From contig OZ024740.1 in NCBI GenBank assembly GCA_964016885.1, positions 223,882,001 through 223,946,000 of the forward strand: a stretch of 64,000 bases of DNA, written 5' to 3'. The notes below the pieces were generated by a model, which worked only from the letters and a program-made list of their open reading frames with translations, searched no databases and was not told the origin of the DNA. Below, piece after piece: positions 52,658 through 64,000 of this stretch. Within the stretch, counting starts at the first letter, position 1. Every line of letters begins with the position of its first letter. This DNA comes from Eledone cirrhosa. Taxonomy: Eukaryota. A program made the position numbers and the translations under genes.

Positions 52658-53452
52658 TACACAGACACACATACTCATACACATATATATATATATAAAT
52701 AGGATTTCGCTTCAAGCATAACGTTTGACATACCTTACAACTTCAACTTCCATTTAAAAAGTTGATTTGGTAGTGAAAAATGTTAGGGACAGTTATAAAA
52801 AGAAAGAAAGAAAGAAAGCGAAGAAAAAGAAGAAATGCGTGCAACGAAAAACAGAGAGAGATAGATAGAGAGAAGAAATTCATGTAAAGAAAAAACAGAT
52901 AGATAGATAGAGAGAGAAAAAAAACACAGAGGGAGATAGATAGAGAGAGAGAGAGAGAAGAGAGAGAGAGAAAAAATAGAGAGAGATAGATATAGATAGA
53001 GATAGAGAGAAAGAAAATAGGTAGTTGGGCACCAGTTGAATGACGTATCAATGATATATTTATTTATTTATTTATTTAGTTCTAGTATTAAGGTAGAGAG
53101 AGAGATATGTGGTTAGGAGAGAAAACAGCCGTTACATAGAGAGAAAAGAAAAATATCCAGAGATAAACGAGGCAGATTTAAAACATTATGTTTCATCAAT
53201 CTAAAAATATCAATTCGTATGAATTAGGTATTATAATGTAAATATCAGTATTCATGAATGAGACACGTATCAATAATGTGTGAAAAATATTGATCATATG
53301 TCTAGTTTAAAATTCCTATGTTTATAATCAGAACTGAGATAAAAAAACTGAGATAAAAAAACTGAGATAAAATTGTAACCCAACAATTTAAATAAAACTT
53401 TGCATATATCTTGCTCCAATACTGTTGAGCGCTTTATATTATAACTGAAAAA

Positions 53453-55686
53453 ATGGAATTCTTTAAGATTTCTTCCTCTTTAAAAGACATACCTCTACCT
53501 AGAAACAAAGACTTTATTAAACAATTAATAGATAAATCGGACTCTTTTATAAGGAGAATCAGGTGGCGTGCATTCCACTTTGATAAATCTAATATAAATG
53601 AAAATGTCTCGGACTTAGACAAAGTTTTCAAATCTAAAAAAAATCCACCCCCCAACAAACTTTTATTTGACTTTGAAAACGATATAATTTCTATCATACA
53701 AGGAGTCAAATTCAAGAGAAACTTCAAAGGCCAGGAATATCTGAAAGGCATTGAGGTTAATATTGAGAGCTTAGAGAAAACTGAGAAGATCTTGGTGAAA
53801 TCTGACAAGACCAACAACCTCTATGGAGTGCAAAAAGACATGTATAATGGCCTCATACTGAAAGAACTGAGGAAAAAGTACAAGGTAGCAGATAAGGCCG
53901 AGCTTGAGAAAATGAATGTTGAGGCATCTTGTATAATGCATGAGTTGGAAATTGAGAACAGAACACAACCTTTCGTGCCCAGGAAACCGAAGATCAATAT
54001 GAAAGATCACAAAAGAAATTTTGAAAATGACCTGCCAGTCAGAGTTATGGCACCATCAAAATCTGACCTGGGTAAACTTAGCAAAAACATTCTAGACAGG
54101 GTGATACAGCAAATTAAAAACTTGAATTGTTTACCTAACTTGAGCTTGTGGAAGGGAACTGGAGAGGTTATTGAGTGGTTTAAAGAAATTAAATATAACA
54201 ATAATAATAAATTTATTCAACTAGATATTGCTAACTATTATTCATCTATTACCCCTAATCTACTAAATAAGGCACTAAATTACGCATTCAAACATACAGA
54301 CCTAACTAGCAATGAAATGCACATTATATTATCGGCTAGGAAAACATTGATAGAATTTAATAACCAACTATGGACCAGAGCAGATAGAGATAACAATTTC
54401 GACATTACTATGGGATCATCCGACTCAGCTCAGGTAACTGACCTTGTGGGCCTATTTATAATCAATTCGCTGCATAGGAAAATACCCGGTGCTACCGGAG
54501 GTTTATATAGAGATGACATGCTTTTACTTATTGAAAATAATAACTCTGAACTAAATAGAAAAAGAAAACAAATTACACAATTTTTTAATTACTTTAATCT
54601 AAAAATAGAAATTGAGAATAACCACAGAATAGTCAATTTCCTAGATGTAACATTAAATCTCAACACATGTCTTCACTATCCATTTCACAAGTTGAATGAA
54701 AACTTAAACTACGTCAGTTTTAACTCTAACCACCCCAGATCTGTTAAAAATACTATAGTGAACTCTGTTCAAAAACGTATCTCTAGAATCTCATCTAATA
54801 AAAAGATTTTCGACGAAAAAGCCCAGTATTACAATGAAGCGTTAACTAGAGCAGGATATAGTGATAAAATTATGTACATAGATAATAATAGACAAACTAA
54901 CCAAAATAACAACAATTTTAATTACGGCAACAACTTTAACAACTATAATAGAAAGCATTACAATAATTCCAAAAGCCAAAAAAGAAATAGAACTAGGAAT
55001 ATAATATGGTTTGCGCCCCCCCCCCCCCCCCTTTCTCACTAAACATTAAAACCCACATCGCTAAACTATTTTTTAATGCTCTTGATAATCGCTTCCCTAG
55101 AACACATAAGTATCACTCAATTTTCAATAGACATACTATAAAATTAACTTACTCATCCACCAAAAATTTAGCACAAAATATTAATAGAATAAATAATAGG
55201 AATTTAAAACCTAGCCAAAATACCGATAATAGCATAAATAATATCCAAGTAAACAAATGTAACTGTAGAGATAGATCTAAATGTCCGTTAAATAACAATT
55301 GCTTAGTTAAAAATATAATATACAACTGTAATGTTAAAACGGACTTAAATTCTTTTAACTATGTTGGTTCCACCTCGACAGAATTTAAACTTCGCTATAA
55401 TAACCACAAGAATTCTTTCACAGATCCAAGCAAAAAATCTTCAACATCACTATCAGGCTTACTCTGGCAACTTAAGCATGATAACGTTGGATATTCGACG
55501 GCTTGGAATATAGTCTCAAAAGGGATTCCTTTTAATTCATCTTCTGAGACATGTGACCTCTGCGCGGAGGAGATATTCTTTATACTAAAATCTAAAAATT
55601 CCCTTAATTTACGGACAAATTTATTCAGTTGCTGCAGACATAGATTGAACTCAACTTTTAAATATAAATATGAATTTAAAACGTAG
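53453..55686 (+). CDS. Penelope/Naiad reverse transcriptase and GIY-YIG endonuclease, one frameshift in a C16 run (55016-55031)
   Basis: RT motifs KDHK, FIQLDIANYYSSI, FDITMGSSDSAQV, GGLYRDDML and NFLDVTLNL. Endonuclease part CNCRDRSKCPL..NIIY..YVG..FKLRYNNH..CDLCAEE..CRH. Confidence 0.93.
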
Positions 55687-56366
55687 TATATTTACTTATG
55701 ATTTGTAATTATTTATGAAACTCGCCGATAAATCTTTCGATTTCTTTTTTTTAAACATTCTTCATGAATAATTAAACTACCCTAAAAGCTGATGCTCCAA
55801 ATATATCGAATAAATTTCACACTAGATAAACTTCTATAATAAATATAAGACCGTCTGTAGATCAAATGGGTATCCTAAACTTTTGGAATGATTTCTGCTA
55901 GACAGGATTTGGTAAATAATTTTGGTTTTGTTTGCTTTTGATTCTGATGCTTATAATGAACTCGGCAATATATTGTCAATTAATTTTGAAGGGTTGATTT
56001 CTGTGGTTGATTTGCGGGGCATACTGTGTTTTATTTTTAATATTTTTTTATTTTTTAATATTTTTATTGATATATTGATATCTGTTGTCTATTTATGCTT
56101 GAACGATAATCATGTAGAGTAAAGACAAGAATAGTATTGTTAAAATTAATGTAGATTCTATATATATTTGTGTGTATATACACATATATGTATACTAGTA
56201 TTTTTATAGCACAATGAGAATGTTTTCATGTGAAATAGGAATTTGCAGAGTTGATCACATAAATTCACATGGAAGTCTATAGTATCGAATCTGGGATAAC
56301 CTTCTATTTTCTTTTTCTTTTTTCATGAAAGTGCATATATACTTATGTATTTCAATTTTTTTGAAG

Positions 56367-56478
56367 TTTTTTATCTCAGTTTTTTTATCTCAGTTTTTTT
56401 ATCTCAGTTTTTTTATGTCAGTTTTTTATCTCAGTTTTTTATGTCAGTTTTTTTTAACTCAGTTTTTTTTATCTCAGT
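56367..56478. repeat. 13-15-bp tandem repeat TTTTTTATCTCAG inside the pLTR
   Basis: About 8 units here and 3 inverted units at 53332-53371. Confidence 0.9.
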
Positions 56479-57130
56479 TCTGATTATAAACATAGGAATT
56501 TTAAACTAGACATATGATCATTATTTTTCACACATTATTGATACGTGTCTCATTCATGAATACTGATATTTACATTATAATACCTAATTCATACGAATTG
56601 ATATTTTTAGATTGATGAAACATAATGTTTTAAATCTGCCTCGTTTATCTCTGGATATTTTTCTTTTCTCTCTATGTAACGGCTGTTTTCTCTCCTAACC
56701 ACATATATCTCTCTCTACCTTAATACTAGAACTAAATAAATAAATAAATAAATATATCATTGATACGTCATTCAACTGGTGCCCAACTACCTATTTTCTT
56801 TCTCTCTATCTCTATCTATATCTATCTCTCTCTATTTTTTCTCTCTCTCTCTTCTCTCTCTCTCTCTATCTATCTCCCTCTGTGTTTTTTTTTCTCTCTC
56901 TATCTATCTCTCTGTTTTTTCTTTACATGAATTTCTTCTCTCTATCTATCTCTCTATATCTATCTCTCTCTGTTTTTCGTTGCACGCATTTCTTCTTTTT
57001 CTTCGCTTTCTTTCTTTCTTTCTTTTTATAACTGTCCCTAACATTTTTCACTACCAAATCAACTTTTTAAATGGAAGTTGAAGTTGTAAGGTATGTCAAA
57101 TCTATCTATTTATAAGACTGTTTATATTGT

Positions 57131-57194
57131 ATTTTGTCTGATGAAGGCATACCATATTTTTAATATGATATCTCTGAAATATATATAATGAAAT
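57131..57194 (+). ncRNA. Type I hammerhead ribozyme, family C, in the 3' pLTR, predicted cleavage after A57187
   Basis: Helix I ATTTTGT/ATGAAAT, core CTGATGA, imperfect long helix II, GAA-ATATATAT-A with palindromic helix III. Confidence 0.8.
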
Positions 57195-57343
57195 AAATAT
57201 GGTTTTATAAATATACTTTCCATTTATTTAATATCGTAAATATACTCCAAATACTTGTTGAGTGCTTTTATATCAGTTATAAATATTTACTCGTTGTAAC
57301 CCAACAATTTAAATAAAACTTTGCATATATGTATATATATATA

Positions 57344-57501
<158 letters not shown>

Positions 57502-58309
57502 TATGAGTTTTGGTATCAACCATTGTTACTTATTTTATAACCTGTAACTTAGTGGTTTGATAAATAGAGATTGATCAATTACCACACATAACAACTACAA
57601 TTGCAGGATCGATATCATTCATTAAATATTTAAAAGTAGCCCGAACATGAACACAGACCAATAAAGGAATGGAAGTATTCACTTATATTGTGTGTATTGC
57701 TATATATGTCTTCTCTGATCCCAGAATTAATGGCAAATATTGAACATCGTTTGATTACCTCAACAGAAAAGTGTCTTTGCACCAGGATTTATTGTAAATC
57801 TTCATGAAAAATGAGTTTCCCATAGACAATGGTTTCTATATCGACTAAAAACAGAAATTTGACCACATATTTAGGTCACCTAATTTTGGCAAAACCCTAA
57901 TATATCATCAACTGGTAGAAGTGAATTGGCAAATATATAAAATGGAATTTCTGGCTGCAGTACAAACTAGCACAGTGAACATATGTTATGAATATGACAT
58001 AGGCTCAATGATATTTTATGTTCTCCTTTATTCTGACCTATAGATAATGGTAAACTGCTCTGGCCTACTTTAAAGTCTATAAAAACAAATAGATTATTTA
58101 TTTTCGAATAATATATACAGAAATAGATGAAGAACTTTCCATAAAAGGACTGGAGAAAAATTTCAATCTATTATCATAATATTTATATTTACTTTTCCCT
58201 GCATGCATGAGTCCTGAAAATATGAACTAAACATATATTAAAGGTATGTTAGATTGGTGATAAAAATGGAAACCCTACAGAAGAAAATGACTCTCTCTCT
58301 CTATATATA

Positions 58310-58482
58310 TAGGGTGGGTAAAATTCCTGAGATCCATGGACGAGGTCTCTCCAGCGGTTTCTGTCATTCATCGCCGCCGCTATGTCCTGCATCTCCAAGA
58401 GACCTGTATCTGTCCTTAGGGCGTCAACATATGTCAACCTCAGTCTCCCTCTGCTAGTGTATCCGTGTAGGGGCTCCCACAC
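58310..58482 (-). mobile_element. Short 3' fragment of an RTE-clade LINE
   Basis: WEPLHGYTSRGRLRLTYVDALRTDTG..AMNDRNRWRDLV matches the RTE C-terminal pattern W.P..G.R.RGRP...DR..WR. Confidence 0.75.
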
Positions 58483-59808
58483 ATGTGTATGTATGTATGC
58501 ATGTATGTATGTATTAAAACTTCCTAAGAATATTCTCCACTCATGGGAATTTACTAAACCATGCCATCTAAACTTGATATGTTGATTAGCTACTGCCTCA
58601 TTTTGTACAAAGTGTTTGAAATTTCGCTCATTTCTCAGAAATAAAATATGGATGGTTGTGTATGTTTATATTTGGATCAGATTATATATCAGTATATACA
58701 ACTGATAAATTACTGGTATTGCAATAACATTTGACTGGCTTTGTAATACCCAGATTACATGATGCTGAAATGGGTCATACATCTCATATATACAATATTG
58801 TACCTCTATAAAAATACAATAATGGAGACCAAATTTAAATTCATGGTGATTTTAATATTTGATAAAACTAATACTTCAATTATATTCTATATTAACAAAG
58901 AACATATTGATAATAATAATGATAATAATTATAATGTTGATCTGGTGTAATCATTCCTGTCAGTGTTTGATTAAAATGACAAGAATCTTCATTTTCTCAC
59001 AACAGGAAAGTATTTCTTTCTTTTTTCATTTTGCTTTCAATTTGCCAATGATAAAACCAAAATCTTGAAATGGAATAATCAACGTTGATTCAATTATTTT
59101 GTCAACTTCTAGTTTAATCTTGTCTAAATGTTTATTTTACATTAACATCTGAAGGTTCCTAATTATGTTATAATATTGGGATACACTCTTTTCTAAGCTT
59201 TTCTTAACCATATTTCTAATGAAAGACAATATCTATTGTTTACAAATCATTTTGAAAATAATCAAGAATTTTGAAAAATTTAGTAACAAACTGAAGTTTT
59301 CGTTATTAAGCTGATGTTGGAACATAATATAACAAAGGTGCTTACATAAAATTATAATGGAAGGATTATAGATAAATATAAATATTTTAAAATAAATAGT
59401 TTGTATTATAGAATGAGGGCTGGTTTCAGACATTTTGGTATCAAAAAGGGTAAAAGAGCATAAACAAAACAACCAAGAATTATATAGGTTTTCCTTAACT
59501 ATACACAAAGGTCCCACTTTTTTTCATTGTTTAGTGAGAGAGGGAAGGTTGGTACCTTTGACCTTCTTTAGGACCTTCAGGATTGGTGAGAGAAGAGGAA
59601 GTTATCCTCAAACAAGAGACCTGGTCTAAATGTTTGCAACAGAAGAGACTCCTCTAAAAGCACCAAAGGTAGTATTAAGTATCAGTTGGTAGTGTTAAAC
59701 TGATAGATTAACCCTACCACTCAATGAGGCTACATTGGAGTTTGAACTCAGAATGCAAAAAAGAGCTGGAGCCCTACTATGAGGTCTCAATCCTGTGCTC
59801 TAACATTA

Positions 59809-59942
59809 CAGACCAGGTCAGAACTTAAACAAGGCCACCATCCTTGATGTCCAGTTGGGGTGCTACCTGTTCTTTACATACATTTTGGCATAGTATTATA
59901 GCTAAATGTTTGATAGCCTTGTTTAAGTTCTGAACTGGTCCG
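59809..59942. mobile_element. Small MITE with TIRs of about 27 bp
   Basis: CAGACCAGGTCAGAACTTAAACAAGGC and GCCTTGTTTAAGTTCTGAACTGGTCCG, flanked by TA. Confidence 0.7.
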
Positions 59943-62900
59943 TAATGAGCCATCCAACTGATGCTGACAGAAAAACGTATGTAAAATGATAAGAAAAAGG
60001 AGGAGATGAAGAAGGAGGAAATTTAACAGTTGACATTGGCTGAATGCTTCTAGAAAAAAAATATATAGCGACTCATTTCAATGCTTTATCATTTGATCTC
60101 GAAAAAATTTAGCTCCTGATAGATCTAACCTCTCTCTTTTGTGCTCCGCCAACAATACCCAGTACTTATTGTCCTTCCATATTACTTGTCTCTTTGTACA
60201 CATTCGTTGATATCTTTATTATTCTTTGTGTCTCTTACATTCTGCTTTACATTCAGATTAATATTATAGATAAAACACATGCCTCATTTCTTTCCAGCTT
60301 GTGTAGATTTCCTACATGTTATATCACATATAAAATAGTATAGTTTTCTCAACTTATATTTGAGATAGAATCAATTATGTGAATTTCCAGATAAATTTGA
60401 ACACCTGTTTAATTAAAGGTTATTTCATATGCAAATTAATATATACTGAATTTTCATTTGATAAAATATACACTTTTAACGTTTTAGAAACAAGACATGG
60501 CAAGGTCATATTTTTTTATTTGTTATATTATTTTCATGATGTTAACTTTGCTATTCAATAGAATAAAATGTCAGTGTGGATGACGGATTAAATGGAAAAA
60601 CGGACATAAAATGACAATGATGATGGCTATGTTGATGATGAATACATTAAATAGAAATATAGTTTCAAACAGAATTGCATAATTTGAATACTATTCACAA
60701 TGGCATATGTAGCTTGCTAGAGATGAAATGATAATTTGAATCTAAAAGTAAGAATTTTCTCTCTTCATTATAACTGCAGAAGGGCGAAAAGACTCTTGCA
60801 AAACTTGAATTGCTTGAGAGAAAAACCTAGTAGCTATTTGACTTCACCACAATTTAGTAGGAGATTAATGCCTTGGAATTCCGTAGAGTGATTTGTAGCT
60901 ACAGTTTTATTTGCCTCTCCTGATTGGAAAATAATGTTTGAAAAAATAGCATAAGATACACATGATTTTATGTTATTTTGACACTAGTAATTAAAATTTA
61001 GGAATTTTGTTTTGTTGAATTTAGACTGTATTTTAAAAATGCTTCAGTATCATTATGAGATAATAAGGAATTGTAATAGCTAATGCAAACCAGTGTAATA
61101 TTACATAAAAATATGCAGAATAAATGCAGACACACTGGTGTGCCATGTCCTTAAATTTTGTCTCCTTATGTTCCTAATTTAATAAAATGAGCTTCTTGAA
61201 TTAATAAAGATATCAGGATCCAGTTAATATAATTATCATTATTTTGGTTTAATATCTCTTTTCCATCGTAACATTCAAGATACTAGTCAGAAGTATCACT
61301 TTTCACCAGCTATATTTCTATTTTTTTTTAAGATATTACTGTGAGCTTTATAGCTCTAGTAGCAATGTGTATCTGACAACCAATATGAATTGATAATTAA
61401 AATTTCAAAATAACTTGATTTTGTTATAAAATTGCTTTTAAATGTATACTCATATTCAAAATTAAGTTAAAGTCTATTTTATTATGTGGTAGTAAAACGA
61501 GAAGGTCTATAACCAAATTAAATATCAATATAATGGTTTAGTCAATGTGAAGGAACAGCCACTCATGATAGTAACATTTCCATTAAAAATGCTAAGAAAA
61601 ATCATATCCTTCTCAAGGTATAATTGTAATGCTCTCATAAAATATTCAAATCCGGAAAGGTTTTAGGTTTATATAACTGTAGGACCTGTGTACACCCAGT
61701 TTAGAATAGACACACCATATTCTGTGTGTATCATAAAAATTAGCTAAAAGGTTGAGTATCATGAAGGATATCTTGCTGTAAAGCATTAACTCAAAAAAGG
61801 CATCAGGATGAGTATGAAGTCTGTCATGGTGTCCTTGTTAAATACAGAAAATAACCTTAAAATGTTATTATTGGTCATATACATTTAGATATTGACCTGT
61901 TGTGATAATGCTTTTGGTTCTATCTCTCTCTAAGTTTAAATTTCATGACATATATAATGGCAGATTTATTATGATTTAAAGGGAAATAATCCATTTGATA
62001 TTTGAGATTTTGGAACAGCATAATCAATTTGTAAATGTTGTTTCCAGTGTGTGTAGAATATATAACTATATTAAAATTATGTAATGTAGTATCAAGAAAA
62101 CAGAAAATATTTTCACAATATTAGTGATTAAAATATCTTAAAATTGATGAAATGATAGGTATTGAAACACCATGGAAAAGTTTCTTTACTATTAATGAAT
62201 ATTAGCTTCTCAAGCATGAATATATATGAAACTATAATTCTCAACTAACTCGATATTTCAACTTGAAATTGAAGAAGAAAGAGAACTATCAAATCTTATC
62301 TAGCACTAGATCATTAAAAGTATTGTTAGAATCACTCTCACTGCACCACATAAGATGATGTAATGTTATCTTCCAATAATTCTGAAGTTACTAACATTCA
62401 AAGACTGCTTGAGAAGGTTCAGTTCACATAAACTTCCTTTGTAAACTTTGTAAAACATTATTTGGTTTTGTTTTGAACCACGTAAAGGATGACATTAGCT
62501 ATAGGTCAATAAATATAGACCACCTTACAAAAATAAATTAAGTTTCTACTACATTCTGCTTCAGTTTAAAATAAATGTTACATTCATATCTTTTATATAA
62601 CATGCAACTATTATTTCTTTGATACTATATATATATATATATATACACACATATCTTCTGCATTTCTCATCCTCCTTTATTTCTATCTTCTTTATTCCTT
62701 ACTTCAGCCTGAAATGTATATTTCTTTGATGTAAAGCAACTTATTTATTGCAGTTCTTGATTTTGGACAGACACAATCACTTCTGACATAACAAATATCT
62801 TGTAGCAAACATTTGGATTTTGTGTATGGTTCACAAATTCATTCCTGATATTTTCTAGACTTTAAGACTATAAATCACTCATAAATAATGTTGCATTATG

Positions 62901-63529
62901 ACAGATTATTCTTCAGGTATGTCACTAAATTCAGAGCCTAGATTTTAATCAGGCAAATGATAGATATAAGAACAAATGTAGTTCATTTCTAAATCCTATG
63001 TACTTTAAAATCAATTTGCCAAACTGAAAATCTAACAACTCAAAAATCTCCATGATTAAATTTCTATTTTCATATTAGTGTAAAGTTTGCTGTAAGCAGT
63101 TAAATACTGGATATAAAACAAGCATGATCAACAGAAGTTAGTAGTACATTTCAATACCACTAAATTGAATAAAAAATAAAAAAGCATTTCATTCCTAAAA
63201 CCCAGCATAATTATATTGCAATGCTGAAATGTTTGAAGGAAATTGAATGTTTCTTTTATTTCTTAATCTACAAATCTTGCCTGTAAAAGATAAAAATCTC
63301 ACGTTTCTTTATTTAATAATCTTACTATGGCAATAAGCTTTGAAAATATAATAAATAATTATTTAATTTTGCTTTGGTAGGAATGCTAACACAAATGTGC
63401 ATATGCAATTTATATATGCTTTACATAGATATAGTAATAAATACCAGTAACAAATAACATGTCTGTTGAAAAGGTATCTGACTTTATTTTTTTTTTTTTT
63501 GTGAAAAGTATTAATGTTAAGAAGACACA

Positions 63530-63967
63530 AAATTTGCAGAGTGGAGCTGAGTTCCTGAATACCATGATGACTGGAGATGCGATGTGTGTTATGAGTATAA
63601 ACCATACACCAAAGATTAATCCTCACTGTGGAAGTATCCAACACCATCAAGGCCATAAAAAGCATGCCAGCTGCAAGGCAAAGTCAAGGAGATACTGACT
63701 GTTTTCTTTGGCTACTGAGGTGTTGTGCATCATGCATACACACAAGAAGGACAAACAGTTACAAAAGAATACTGTCTGGCAGTTCTCCAACATCTTTGTG
63801 ATGCAGTTTGGTACAAGATATATGAGTTGTATAAAACTGGCAGCTACATCATGTTAATGCCCTGTCTCATTTGTCAAACCTGATTCAAGTTTTCTTTTCA
63901 AAGAAAAGAATTTTGCTCATTCATCAGGCTCCATAGTCTCCAAATGTTGATTCTTCTGATTTCTTTT
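63530..63967 (+). pseudogene. Decayed mariner (DD34D) transposase fragment
   Basis: Manual translation FLNTMMTGD, LTVFFGY*GVVHHAYTQEGQTVTKEYCLAVLQHLCDAV, HHVNA and QAP*SPNVDSSDFF corresponds to the mariner motifs ITGDE, VFFD..GVVH, HHDNA and PYSPDLAP.DF. Confidence 0.85.
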
Positions 63968-64000
63968 AAAACTGTTAGGACATCATGTGGATAGTGACAG

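Larger units (their letters stand above)
52724..57330 (+). mobile_element. Near-complete Naiad-type Penelope-like retroelement with inverted 5' pLTR and hammerhead-bearing 3' pLTR
   Basis: 52724-53371 is the reverse complement of about 56370-57100. 53372-53409 directly repeats the 3' terminus 57294-57330. The RT and GIY-YIG ORF lies in between. Confidence 0.93.

Noticed and set aside
60760-60830. Possible short terminal exon (pyrimidine tract, CAG, KGEKTLAKLELLERKT, stop)
   Set aside because: Too short to distinguish from chance and no partner exons identified. RNA-seq would be needed.

Overview
AT-rich, microsatellite-dense eukaryotic DNA with no host protein-coding gene that I can support. 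It is probably intronic or intergenic, and the SINE, RTE and Penelope repertoire resembles octopus (cephalopod) genomes, which is an inference. The window is a transposon mosaic. It holds a near-intact Naiad-type Penelope-like element (52.7-57.3 kb, RT plus GIY-YIG, broken only by a C16 run), several decayed Penelope fragments, and three tandem Tx1/L1-clade LINE copies each abutting a (GATA)n tract. It also holds RTE LINE fragments, a rearranged Gypsy LTR/gag remnant, tRNA-derived SINEs, TA-flanked MITEs and a mariner relic. The main result of reading the sequence is a set of nine type I hammerhead ribozyme motifs from four separate repeat families. Two of these families (about 286 nt and about 450 nt) have no ORF and look like retrozymes or solo Penelope pLTRs, and their copies show compensatory base changes. 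Several long fold-back palindromes also occur, apparently made by hairpin self-priming. All alignments and folds were done by eye.
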